Below are positions 1-9,061 of a stretch of DNA of 64,000 nt, piece by piece. The notes below the pieces were generated by a model. The model had not been told where the DNA came from and ran no database searches. It was given only the letters and a program-made list of their open reading frames with translations. Origin of the DNA: Candidatus Krumholzibacteriales bacterium (GTDB taxonomy: Bacteria; Krumholzibacteriota; Krumholzibacteriia; Krumholzibacteriales; WJIX01); the NCBI GenBank assembly GCA_046483305.1, contig JAWODM010000041.1, positions 16,486 to 80,485 of the forward strand, given 5' to 3'. The position numbers and the translations under genes are program-made. Position 1 is the first letter of the stretch. Each line of letters opens with the position of its first letter.

Positions 1-625
1 CGAAGATTTCAATAATCTCCGAAACGGGCCCCCTCCGGACTTCCTCGTGAATCTTGGTCAGCTCTCTGGCGACCGCGACCTCTCTCTCGCCCAGAACCTC
101 CCGGATCGATTTGAGACTCTTCAGCAGGCGGTAAGGGCTTTCGAAGAAAATAACGGTCTCTTCCCTTTCCCCGGCTTCCCTCAGGAGTTTTTCCCTTTTA
201 CCCTTCTTCCTGGGGACATACCCCAGGAATGAGAACCGGTCCGGCGGAAGCCCGGAAAGCACCAGCGCGTGTATTATTGAGGTGGCGCCGGGTATTCCGG
301 TGAACTCTATTCCATTCCTTATAAGCTCTCTTACTATATAGTAGCCGGGATCGGATACGACCGGGGTCCCCGCATCCGTTATCAGGGCGATCCGCTTTCC
401 TTCCCTGAGCTTCTCAATTATGGCGGGGGTTACCTTTTCCTTGTTGTGGTCGTGATAGCTCCCCAGCCTGGTTTCTATCCCGTAATGGGAGAGCAGAATG
501 CCGGCTTTCCTCTTATCCTCGGCGAGTACCTCGTCCACTTCCCGGAGTACCTCCAGAGCCCGCTCGGATATATCGCCCAGATTGCCGATTGGAGTGCTCA
601 CAAGATAGAACGGATAGGTTTTCAT
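1..625 (-). CDS. rsmI: 16S rRNA (cytidine1402-2'-O)-methyltransferase, runs off the left window edge (absent from ORF track)
   Basis: Manual translation from ATG at 625: MKTYPFYLVSTPIGNLGDISERA...AEDKR...SYHDHN...ITDAGTPVVSDPG...FESPYR...RELTKIHEE, the RsmI motif series; frame open to position 1. Confidence 0.93.
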   Translation of the reverse strand, partial: MKTYPFYLVSTPIGNLGDISERALEVLREVDEVLAEDKRKAGILLSHYGIETRLGSYHDHNKEKVTPAIIEKLREGKRIALITDAGTPVVSDPGYYIVRELIRNGIEFTGIPGATSIIHALVLSGLPPDRFSFLGYVPRKKGKREKLLREAGEREETVIFFESPYRLLKSLKSIREVLGEREVAVARELTKIHEEVRRGPVSEIIEIF

Positions 626-633
626 TTTAAAAA

Positions 634-1662
634 TTATATCCCCGGAAAGTTATTCTCAAAATAATCGATATCGTCGAATGATATATCCAGATGGGTAACC
701 ATTCTGATCTTATTGCCGCCGAAGTTGAGACACAGTATCCCCTTCTCCTCCAGCTGCCCTACCAGCCTGCAGGCGTCAATGGAGCTGTCCACCACCTGAA
801 AGATAACTATATTTGTGTCCGGCGCTCTCAACAGTTCGAATCCAGGGAGCTTCTTTATGAATTCGGCTATCCGCTTTGCTTTCAGGTGATCCTCCCTGAG
901 CGGCTCGACATTGTTTTCGATCGCGTATAAACAGGCAGCCGCAAGAACCCCTGCCTGTCTCCAACCTCCTCCCAGCCTCTTTCTCCAGTACTTTGCTCTG
1001 GTCACCGTCTCCCGGTCCGAGATCAGCACCGAGCCGACCGGCGCCCCCAGCCCTTTTGAGAAACATATATTCACGGAATGAGCGAGGGCCGCCCATTGAT
1101 CGAAAGGTATACCGGTCTCCGCCACCGCGTTAGCCAGCCTGGCCCCGTCAAGATGAACTCTCAGCCCGTGATCGCAGGCGAATTGGTAAACTTCCTTCAT
1201 CATCTCGAATGGATAGATAGAGCCGCCCGCCCGGTTATGAGTATTCTCCACACTCACCAGAGAAGTTCGGGGGTGGTGAATATTATCCGGCCGTACTGCG
1301 TCGGGAAGCTCCTCCACCGGAAGGAATCCGTCCGGACTGTCGAATGGATGAAGCTGAACCCCTCCTATTACAGCCGAACCGGCCGCCTCGTAATTAAAGA
1401 TATGGCAGTTCCTGTCCAGCAGGACCTCGTCTCCGGGCCTGGTCTGGCTGATAACTCCGAGCAGATTGGCCATGGTTCCGCTCACCACATATATAGCCGC
1501 TTCTTTTCCGGTGAGCCGGGCCATCCTTTTTTCGAGCTCTATTACTGTGGGATCGTCCCCCAGGACATCATCCCCCAATTCGGCGCTTAACATCCTCTCT
1601 TTCATGGCCGGGGAGGGCCTGGTTACCGTATCGCTTCTGAGGTCGATTAATCTTTTCTTCAA
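634..1662 (-). CDS. ltaE: Low-specificity L-threonine aldolase (PLP)
   Basis: IDLRSDTVTRP, SGTMAN, ENTHN, HLDGARL, CFSKGLGAPVGS motifs; start placed at TTG 1662 behind a GAGGT SD (ORF track extends to 1695). Confidence 0.92.
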   Translation of the reverse strand: MKKRLIDLRSDTVTRPSPAMKERMLSAELGDDVLGDDPTVIELEKRMARLTGKEAAIYVVSGTMANLLGVISQTRPGDEVLLDRNCHIFNYEAAGSAVIGGVQLHPFDSPDGFLPVEELPDAVRPDNIHHPRTSLVSVENTHNRAGGSIYPFEMMKEVYQFACDHGLRVHLDGARLANAVAETGIPFDQWAALAHSVNICFSKGLGAPVGSVLISDRETVTRAKYWRKRLGGGWRQAGVLAAACLYAIENNVEPLREDHLKAKRIAEFIKKLPGFELLRAPDTNIVIFQVVDSSIDACRLVGQLEEKGILCLNFGGNKIRMVTHLDISFDDIDYFENNFPGI

Positions 1663-1689
1663 TTTGCAATACCTCTTCTTTTTCGATAG

Positions 1690-1816
1690 AAACATCTCCG
1701 GCAGTATGACAGGGCGGTTCTGAAGGCTGAATGCAGCGGGAACTGCACAGGGGGCACCAGACTATCAGAGTGCCCCCCTGTCGGGTCTCATACCGCGCGG
1801 CGGGACGGAAATGTTT
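1690..1816 (-). ncRNA. Unidentified highly structured RNA element between the HU/IHF gene and ltaE
   Basis: Nested helices on the minus strand: AAACAUUUCCG/CGGAGAUGUUU, GCGGUAUGA/UCAUACUGC, ACAGGGGGGCAC/GUGCCCCCUGU, UGCAG/CUGCA; mismatches are G-U pairs only on the minus strand. Confidence 0.45.
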
Positions 1817-1837
1817 GGCCTCACGTAAAGAATGTCC

Positions 1838-2113
1838 TTACTGAGCAACAAGCTCCTTCAATTCCCGGGAAAATTTGAATATCGGAACATACCTCTCCGG
1901 TACCGGAACCTGCTCCCCTGTCCGGGGGTTTCTGGCCATTCTGGCCTTGCGCTTCTTGGTCTTGAAAGTGCCGAATCCTCTTATCTCAAAATGATCCTTG
2001 TCGATAAGACCCTCCGAGATACATTCAAGAAACGTGTCAACTGCCTCCCCTACATCCTTCTTGGTAAGCCCTGTTTTGTTGGCTATATCATTTACTATGT
2101 CGGCTTTTGTCAT
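1838..2113 (-). CDS. HU/IHF-family DNA-binding protein
   Basis: MTKADIV...EIRGFGTF...ARNPRTGE...VPIFK signature; AGGAGG SD. Confidence 0.95.
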   Translation of the reverse strand: MTKADIVNDIANKTGLTKKDVGEAVDTFLECISEGLIDKDHFEIRGFGTFKTKKRKARMARNPRTGEQVPVPERYVPIFKFSRELKELVAQ

Positions 2114-2440
2114 CTGCCCCTCCTATTATTTAATTTAGAAACAAGTAACTACTGTTATTTCAATTTCTTAAAGTATTATACCCGTTATTGTCAAGAGTTT
2201 TTCTCACTTTATTTGCTACCCCCGGAGATAGATTCTGTCGAAGAACCCCCGCGGGTACGAAAACATGCATTTTTATTCCGCCGCCTTGCAATTTTATGCT
2301 TATCCTGAGGCGGAGGAAAAAATGACGAAGGAACAACTGGAAACAACAGGAAGTTCTTTTCAACACCGGCGAAGGTTCAATTGAGTGATAACGCCCATTA
2401 TTAAATAGTTTTCGGAGATCGTGAAGACTATCAAGAATTT

Positions 2441-2457
2441 CTGGTATGCCCCTTGCT
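2441..2457 (+). promoter_or_regulatory. sigma54 (-24/-12) promoter candidate
   Basis: CTGGTATGCCCCTTGCT = TGG-N8-TTGC with exact GG-N10-GC spacing, in intergenic DNA. Confidence 0.55.
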
Positions 2458-2468
2458 GATTAGATATC

Positions 2469-2537
2469 AGTGCTGCGAGGTGGTCGCCGCCTTCACGAAC
2501 CCGACCCTGCATCGAATCATCTCGCAGCTTTTTCTTT
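2469..2537 (+). ncRNA. Candidate sigma54-dependent small RNA (single stem-loop with C-rich loop and U-tail)
   Basis: GCUGCGAGGUGGU/AUCAUCUCGCAGC stem (G-U pairs on + strand) starts at the predicted +1 and is followed by UUUUUCUUU. Confidence 0.5.
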
Positions 2538-3294
2538 ATCTTATCCCCAGAATTTTATGGCACTGCGGTATCACCCTGACATTATCCAGACAGCCGGACG
2601 CTATCGAGTAGCAATCCATAATGGAACCTGCCTCCGGCGGCCTGCAACCTTCCCCGTCCTGGGTTGCGGAAGCCGGCTGAATTACCAGTGGTATCGACCG
2701 GTCCACTCCGGAAATCGTAATTACGCTATCCCTGAATTCGGCGGCAGAGAAACCCTCGCAGAGAACAATCTTGCAGAAGAAATCCAGGCCGGCCAGCTCC
2801 CGGAGCGCTCGCCGGTATGACGCCGGTTCCCGGCGGCTTGCCGGGCAGAGTGCCGGCTGCTTGATGTCCAGCGATACGATGTTCAGAAACGGCTTCATCA
2901 CCGCTATGCTTTCAGGGTGCAGGCCGTTGGTCTCAAGGTATACCGCCACCTTCGCCTCTCTCAGCTTTCCGGCCAGCTTTCCCACAAACTCCGGCTGCTC
3001 CAACGGTTCCCCTCCGGTAATACTTACGGAGTGAATCCCCTCCAAACTTTCTAGAAAATTATCTCTGATTATTGATACCGCCCGCTCCGGCTCCACCGGA
3101 TTTCCAACCACTTTCGTTTCCCCCGGACCATATACCTCAAACTTTTCCCTCCGGCTCCGGGCCCGACGGGTATCGCAGTAAACGCACCCGGCGCCGCATC
3201 CGCCGGTCCTTACGAATACCTGGCGGTATCCCAGATACAGCCCTTCGCCCTGCATGGAGCAGAAGACCTCGTCCAGATAACCTTTATTACTCAA
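2536..3294 (-). CDS. queE: 7-carboxy-7-deazaguanine synthase (radical SAM)
   Basis: EVFCSMQGEG, FVRTGGCGAGCVYCDT (CxxxCxxC), ITGGEPL, ETNG, C-terminal PQCHK; operon with queC/queD. Confidence 0.9.
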   Translation of the reverse strand: MSNKGYLDEVFCSMQGEGLYLGYRQVFVRTGGCGAGCVYCDTRRARSRREKFEVYGPGETKVVGNPVEPERAVSIIRDNFLESLEGIHSVSITGGEPLEQPEFVGKLAGKLREAKVAVYLETNGLHPESIAVMKPFLNIVSLDIKQPALCPASRREPASYRRALRELAGLDFFCKIVLCEGFSAAEFRDSVITISGVDRSIPLVIQPASATQDGEGCRPPEAGSIMDCYSIASGCLDNVRVIPQCHKILGIR

Positions 3295-3340
3295 AACAGA
3301 ACCTGTCTTTCCGGAATGATTTAACCGGCGGAGCTAAGGA

Positions 3341-3925
3341 TTACAACCTTCCCCTGACTTTTCTAACCGCCATCTCAATCAATTCGCATTCATCCCGGTA
3401 CCGGTCCAGCACGCTGGAGGCCGTTTCCCGGGGATCGATACCGAACTCCTGAAGCCCCGCCGCCGGAACCGGAGCTCCGGCCGGGTCAATGTTAAGCCCG
3501 AAATGAAATACCGCGGAAACCGGTGTCCTGGTCGCCACCCCTACCGACATCTTCCTGCCCTTCAGGAAAATATCATCGCCTCTGCGGGCCAGTCCCGGCC
3601 CCGCCCCGGCTTCACGCAGAACATCAGTCATTATGGAAGCGAACAGCCTCAAGCGGAAGTTTGCCTCTCTCAGCGAACAGTCGAAATGCTCTCCTATGAA
3701 ATGGAGCATTCTCTCCGCAGTAATTACCGCCCCCTCTTCGGCATCTTCCAGGTCGACCAGTTCCGAAGTGGGGACCCGGCACATTCCGGAGAAGGCAATG
3801 ACCCCGTCAGTTCTGATACCCCCGGCCTCCCGGACAAAATGCCCCCGGAGCTGCCCCCCGGTGTATTCTATCTCACTATCGATCCATATGGTTTCCAGTA
3901 CCGAATATTTACTTTTCAAAATCAC
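3341..3925 (-). CDS. DUF366-family protein (lipoate/biotin ligase-like fold)
   Basis: YTGGQL, C.V...LVDLED, MLHFIGEHF, RRGDDIF...KMSVGVAT, HFGLNI; overlaps queC stop (ATGA). Confidence 0.75.
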   Translation of the reverse strand: MILKSKYSVLETIWIDSEIEYTGGQLRGHFVREAGGIRTDGVIAFSGMCRVPTSELVDLEDAEEGAVITAERMLHFIGEHFDCSLREANFRLRLFASIMTDVLREAGAGPGLARRGDDIFLKGRKMSVGVATRTPVSAVFHFGLNIDPAGAPVPAAGLQEFGIDPRETASSVLDRYRDECELIEMAVRKVRGRL

Positions 3926-4584
3926 TCCCCATCAAAACGAACAATATCTTCAACCTCAGTTCCGCCGACGGCGCTCTTCAACCTCAGGCACGAATCACAC
4001 TCCCCGCACATCCGCTCGCCGCCCCGGTAGCAGCTCCAGATCGACTCCCAGGGTACCCCCAGGCCGATTCCCTTCCGCACTATTTCCCTTTTATCAAGGG
4101 ATACGGTAGGGCTCTCTACTCTCACTCTGCTTCGTTCGCCGAGATTCAGCGCCCTGTTGACAGCTTCCAGGTACTCCGGGCTGTTGTCCGGAAATTCTCC
4201 GGCCTCCTCACGGTTGAATCCCGCTATGACCACGGAGCAGCCGGACGAGACAGCCGCGGCGGCGGCAATATTCAGGAATATCCCATTCCTGTTCTCCACC
4301 CAGAGATCGGAGGCTCCGCCGCTTTCAGATAATCTGTTGCCGGCCTCCCGCCCGATTATGAATGAAGAAGAAAGATCTCCGAGCCAGGGAAGTTCGATAC
4401 TCTCAAACTCAATTCCGAAGTGCCGGGCTATCTCCAGGGATGCTTTTCTTTCCCTGCCGGAAGCGACCTGCCCGTAATCGAAGAAGAGAGCTGACAGCAT
4501 TTCGTACTCCCGGGTCCCCATCGCCAGGGCAACAGTTGAATCCAGGCCCCCTGACAGAAGAACGAGCCCTTTATCATTACTCAT
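3922..4584 (-). CDS. queC: 7-cyano-7-deazaguanine synthase
   Basis: SGGLDS PP-loop, FDYGQ, WVENRNGIFL, FPD, WSCY...CGECDSC zinc site. Confidence 0.95.
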   Translation of the reverse strand: MSNDKGLVLLSGGLDSTVALAMGTREYEMLSALFFDYGQVASGRERKASLEIARHFGIEFESIELPWLGDLSSSFIIGREAGNRLSESGGASDLWVENRNGIFLNIAAAAAVSSGCSVVIAGFNREEAGEFPDNSPEYLEAVNRALNLGERSRVRVESPTVSLDKREIVRKGIGLGVPWESIWSCYRGGERMCGECDSCLRLKSAVGGTEVEDIVRFDGE

Positions 4585-4588
4585 ATCC

Positions 4589-4984
4589 CTATTCCTCGCA
4601 ATAGCTGACCATATCTGTGGGAGTCTCCCATAACTCGACTTTCAGGAGCGATCCTCCCTCGAAAGTAAGATTCTCGCGGCAGATCCGGTAAATCTCGGCC
4701 GCCAGATTCTCTGAGGTGGGATTAACCCGGTCAAATGGTGAGATATCGTTAAGATTGACATGATCGAACCTGGGCAGCAGTTCCTTCTCCAGCGCCGACT
4801 TCAGGGTCAGGAAATCCACCGTTATCCCCTGGCTGTCAGGAGAGCCGAAACTGTAATAGACACGGACTGTCCAGTTGTGGCCGTGCAGCCTGGAACAGCC
4901 GCCGGGGTAATCCTTAAGGGTGTGGGACGCCGAGAAAATTATCTCGGTGGAAACAGTATAACGGCTTTTGCCTCTATCTGCCAT
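4589..4984 (-). CDS. queD: 6-carboxy-5,6,7,8-tetrahydropterin synthase
   Basis: FSASH, CSRLHGHNW, FDH..LN, NPTSENLA, LWETP motifs. Confidence 0.95.
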   Translation of the reverse strand: MADRGKSRYTVSTEIIFSASHTLKDYPGGCSRLHGHNWTVRVYYSFGSPDSQGITVDFLTLKSALEKELLPRFDHVNLNDISPFDRVNPTSENLAAEIYRICRENLTFEGGSLLKVELWETPTDMVSYCEE

Positions 4985-5136
4985 TTATATGCTCGCTCCC
5001 GGTTAAATCAATTAACTGCAAATAATTTATGCAAATTGCAACGGGCCTGGCCTCTCATAATGCACACTCAAATATAATTTAGCTCTAAGACTGAAATTTA
5101 TCAATGATAAATGTATTACGTAACATTCCGGCATGA

Positions 5137-5152
5137 TGGTACATTTTCTGCT
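5137..5152 (+). promoter_or_regulatory. sigma54 promoter candidate for the TPR operon
   Basis: TGGTACATTTTCTGCT, GG-N10-GC, about 40 nt upstream of the 5193 start; -12 element imperfect (CTGC). Confidence 0.35.
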
Positions 5153-5192
5153 TAAAATCCTGTTGCCGGCACTTTAAAAGCGAAGGGAAATT

Positions 5193-8100
5193 GTGTTTAT
5201 AACCGAAGAGAAGATACTTAAGAAGATTTTCCAGGAGAGAAGCAGGGGAAATCTGGACAGGGCCAGGAAGCATGCCCTCAAGGGCTATGAGAAATGGCCC
5301 GGGAACTTCGATATCTGCCTGGAGCTTATCCAGCTCTGTATTGAGTCCTCCGATTATCACGAGGCCGTAAAATACATGAAATCGGCGGTAAAGAACAACC
5401 CGGCCAGCAAAGGCGAGATAATCCAGTTCGCCACAGAATCTTTCTATAATCACGCGGACCCTTTTCTGGGAAGTTTCATCATAGAATCATACATAAGGAG
5501 TTCTGATATCGATATGGTAAGGAACTTCCTGGGAGGAGTTTCCCCGGAATATATCAAGAGCCTGATTAAAAGGTCCCAGACCAAATCAGAGGGTTTTATC
5601 AAGCGGGGCGATACCTCCGGCGCCGCTTTTACCGACAATGAACTGCTTCTGGGCATTCTGTACGCTCAGAACGGTCAGCAGCGGGAGGCGGTCGCTCCCC
5701 TTGGCAACGCCATGAAGAACTGTCCGGAGCAGGCCGAGGGAATAGGCGCGACACTTCTTGAATTCCAGCGGGACCTTCCCGGCTGCGCCGAACTGGAATT
5801 CCAGCTGGGAATGGCTTCTGTCTACCTGAACCATCCCGATAAAGCCGAAAAAAGATTTTTCAATACCCTGCGAATGGAGAATCCTCCGCTGGAAAGAATA
5901 CTGAAGATAATTGATAAAAAGCAGGCAGGCGAAAACCTTTTGATGCTGCGCGGCGAAATCCTTATAAGGATGGGTAGAGAGGCGGAAGGTCTCGAATCGA
6001 TCAGAGAATTTCTATCCGGAGAGCAGGACGGATGGAATGAACAGCCCGAAGATAAAATCAAACAGCTATTTCCGGCCCACGCAGACAGAAAAAGCATGGC
6101 CCACGACAGGCTCTCCCTCCTGCCCGAAAAAATCCTATATAATAAAGATACAATATTTCTTCTCTGTGACATCTGTTCCGACCTGGGCAATTTCAAAGAC
6201 GTATCCGGATACCTTGAAGAACTGGCGGAATTCTCGCCCGAAAGTACCGGCGAGATAATAAAACGTATCGAGGGGATGGAAGATGTCATGCAGACCGCTC
6301 CCGCCCGGAAGCTTCTGGCAATTCTCCACATGAGAAGCGGCGGGTACGGGCAGGCCAGGGAGCATTTCAGCGCCTCCGCCGAGATGGACCCGGAACTGGC
6401 CCCTGAACTTATAAAGCTGATCAATGCCAGAGTGGACGGACAGGGAAGAGATGCTGTACTGATAAAAATCCTTATAGACCTTTACACCAGGACCGGAGAA
6501 TCTGAAAAGGCCAATTCATTGCTTCAGGAACTGAAGGAGAAGGAAAATCTCAGCGGCGCGGAAGCAATAGAGATGACCACCCGGGTGATAGAAAACTGCG
6601 GCGCCACCGTTGAAAATATAGTTTCGTCGGTGGAGTTCAGCTCCGAAAAGGGTGAAGCGGCGGCAATGGTTCCACACCTGGCCGAATTCTGCCGCGCCAA
6701 TCCGGACAAGCAGGAAGCGCTTGCTTCTGAAATGAAGAAACTGGCCGTCTCTAACCATAAGTTATATTCGTTCCTGGCCCAGCTGATCGGGGAAACCGCC
6801 CGGGATGCCGAGCTCTCAGAACACCTCAAATACCTCCATGCTGTCTCGCTTCTTAATTCCGGAGAAATAGAGAAAGCGGTCTTTGCGTTCGACCAGATCC
6901 TGATGTTCAACGAGGAAATGAAACTGGATGTAATGGCAGAGTACGAGAGCGTGGCGGAAAGCCACCCTGATAACAGCACCCTGCTGCTGGCCCTTTACCA
7001 GATGCATCTGGACGAGCAGCAGTACGTGCAGGCAGCTCACTATCTGGGAAAATTCCTGGAATCAGATCCATCCCAGATAAGAGATGTAATAACCAGATTT
7101 GACCAGATCGTTGAAAAAACGCCGATGGAAATTGCGGTCTGGAAGGAAATGCTGGAGAGCGCCCTCTCCATAGAACACGGCAGCCTGGCGCATCAGATTC
7201 TCGAGCGGGCAGTTTCGGCAATGGGCGAAAGAGAAGCCGCCCCCCTCCACATTTACGGGGCGATGCTTTACCGGGAAAACCGGAATATTGAAGAAGCCCT
7301 TAAATGCCTGGCTATCGCACTGAGCTCAGACCGGTCCGATCTTAAATCTATAGAAAATGAGCTGGACAGAATCATCAGCATATCCCCCGATAACGCCGGG
7401 GCGATGTATCTCTGTGGAGAGACCTGTACCCGTCTGGGAAAGGAAGAGAAAGCGGTAGAATATTACGGAAAGTGCATAAAAAATTCACCCCAGTATTCTG
7501 ACAGGGTGCGGGACAGGCTCCGGCAGGCCCTCCCCCGCAGCGTCAAGCCGTGGCTGGTCAACCGGCTGCTGGGAACAATGGCGTGGCGGAAAGGGAATCA
7601 TCAGGAAGCGATTGATCTGTTCTCCAGAGCTCAAAAGGGAGACAGGGAAATCCTTTCCTCTCTGGGCGAAGAATTGAGAGGGTACCTGGAAGATTCAGCC
7701 GGCAACACCGGAATCAGGAAACTGTACTCGGAAAACCTCCGGCTTGAGGGCAGGTACCGGGAGGCGGTTGATCAGATAGAGCTGCTTATCGGCCAATCAG
7801 GCTGCAGCAATAACGAAGCGGCAGCGTTTCTGCGGCTTATCATCGAGGACGATCAGAAGCAGTTTGAAGCCAACAGGCTGCTGGCAAAAATACTTATAGA
7901 AAATGGAAAAGCGGAAGAATCCCTTGAGCCGGCGATAAACATGCTCGGCTCTTCAGAGGCCGAACCGGCGGCGATGGAGGAAATCGCCGAAGAATTATTC
8001 CGGGTCCACGGCGAGGACAGCGGTTTCCTCCGGAGGCTTGGGGCGGTCAAACTGAAGCTCGGAAAGGAAAAAGAAGCGCTGGAGTACCTGCGGCAGGCCC

Positions 8101-9047
8101 TGGATAAGGACAGCAATAACTGCCGGAAGATCCTGGAAAATCTCTCCGGTCATGACTGGTCTGATGATTATATCTGCCAGGCAAAGCTCCTGGAAGCGGA
8201 CTGTCTGATAGAATCTCAAGAATACGCGCAATCATTCGAGGCTCTTCGGAATATCATGGAAGAGCCCAGCCGGAATCTCAGGAGTCTGTTTGAAAGAACC
8301 GAAACGCTGATCCGGAATCAGCCGGAGAAACGGTTCTTTTCACTGGCGCTTGAGGTCAAGGCGAAGCAGCGTGATTTCAGAGGAGCCCGCGGCCTGATCG
8401 AGCTCGCCGAATCTGCTCTCAATCCCGATGATTCGGCAGACCTCAAGATAGAACTGGCCGGCCTGGCTGACATGGAGGGGCTCGAACAGGAGGCCTCCGC
8501 TCTTTACTCCGAAATACTTCAACAGAGTGAAGACAGAAAGCATATCCTGAAGCTGATCGAGGGTTCTCTGATCTGCCTGGCGAGAGAAAGGCTGAACGCC
8601 GCCGGAAAGATGAAGAAAACGGCAGAAGGCGGGGCCGGGGAGATATCCACTCTCATAGATACCGCCATCCAACTGGGAGAATACCATACCGCAATGGAAA
8701 TCCTTGAAAAAGGCGGACCGGATGAAGGAACCAGGCTGTATAATCTTGGAAGAATTTACCTGGCCATGGACAGGCCGGCCATGGCAGTCTCTCTGCTCTC
8801 CAGCTGTGTCAGCAGATCCTCTCTTTCCGGCAGGGAGAAAGCAGGGGCCCTCTATGACCTTGGCCGGGGGAGCGAGATGATATACGATTTCGGGAGGGCC
8901 GCCACCGCGTTCATGAAAATTCTGGAAATTCAAGGGGAATACCGGGACGCCTCAAAACGCGCCAGAATAAATTACACCCGGTGTCTGGAAGATGAAGCAG
9001 AAATATTTACCCTGGAGAAAACGGCAGCACTCAATGACGCAAAGTAA
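5193..9047 (+). CDS. Very large tetratricopeptide-repeat (alpha-solenoid) protein
   Basis: 1284 aa ORF with recurrent TPR-like helices (e.g. AMYLCGETCTRLGKEEKAVEYYGKCIKNSP; ALYDLGRGSE...YRDA). Confidence 0.8.
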   Translation: MFITEEKILKKIFQERSRGNLDRARKHALKGYEKWPGNFDICLELIQLCIESSDYHEAVKYMKSAVKNNPASKGEIIQFATESFYNHADPFLGSFIIESYIRSSDIDMVRNFLGGVSPEYIKSLIKRSQTKSEGFIKRGDTSGAAFTDNELLLGILYAQNGQQREAVAPLGNAMKNCPEQAEGIGATLLEFQRDLPGCAELEFQLGMASVYLNHPDKAEKRFFNTLRMENPPLERILKIIDKKQAGENLLMLRGEILIRMGREAEGLESIREFLSGEQDGWNEQPEDKIKQLFPAHADRKSMAHDRLSLLPEKILYNKDTIFLLCDICSDLGNFKDVSGYLEELAEFSPESTGEIIKRIEGMEDVMQTAPARKLLAILHMRSGGYGQAREHFSASAEMDPELAPELIKLINARVDGQGRDAVLIKILIDLYTRTGESEKANSLLQELKEKENLSGAEAIEMTTRVIENCGATVENIVSSVEFSSEKGEAAAMVPHLAEFCRANPDKQEALASEMKKLAVSNHKLYSFLAQLIGETARDAELSEHLKYLHAVSLLNSGEIEKAVFAFDQILMFNEEMKLDVMAEYESVAESHPDNSTLLLALYQMHLDEQQYVQAAHYLGKFLESDPSQIRDVITRFDQIVEKTPMEIAVWKEMLESALSIEHGSLAHQILERAVSAMGEREAAPLHIYGAMLYRENRNIEEALKCLAIALSSDRSDLKSIENELDRIISISPDNAGAMYLCGETCTRLGKEEKAVEYYGKCIKNSPQYSDRVRDRLRQALPRSVKPWLVNRLLGTMAWRKGNHQEAIDLFSRAQKGDREILSSLGEELRGYLEDSAGNTGIRKLYSENLRLEGRYREAVDQIELLIGQSGCSNNEAAAFLRLIIEDDQKQFEANRLLAKILIENGKAEESLEPAINMLGSSEAEPAAMEEIAEELFRVHGEDSGFLRRLGAVKLKLGKEKEALEYLRQALDKDSNNCRKILENLSGHDWSDDYICQAKLLEADCLIESQEYAQSFEALRNIMEEPSRNLRSLFERTETLIRNQPEKRFFSLALEVKAKQRDFRGARGLIELAESALNPDDSADLKIELAGLADMEGLEQEASALYSEILQQSEDRKHILKLIEGSLICLARERLNAAGKMKKTAEGGAGEISTLIDTAIQLGEYHTAMEILEKGGPDEGTRLYNLGRIYLAMDRPAMAVSLLSSCVSRSSLSGREKAGALYDLGRGSEMIYDFGRAATAFMKILEIQGEYRDASKRARINYTRCLEDEAEIFTLEKTAALNDAK

Positions 9048-9061
9048 AGGAAGGTAGAATC

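Noticed and set aside
1690..1816. Glycine riboswitch upstream of ltaE
   Set aside because: Conserved GGAGA/CCGAAG/CUCUCAGG elements are absent.
2536..4984. queCDE as a dpd-type DNA-modification/defence island
   Set aside because: No dpdA/tgt-like or other dpd genes nearby; context is housekeeping.
4985..5100. preQ1 riboswitch upstream of queD
   Set aside because: No preQ1-I stem-loop with A-rich tail recognisable.
5167..5181. GG-N10-GC motif CGGCACTTTAAAAGC as a sigma54 promoter
   Set aside because: Lacks TTGC, and +1 would coincide with the start codon.
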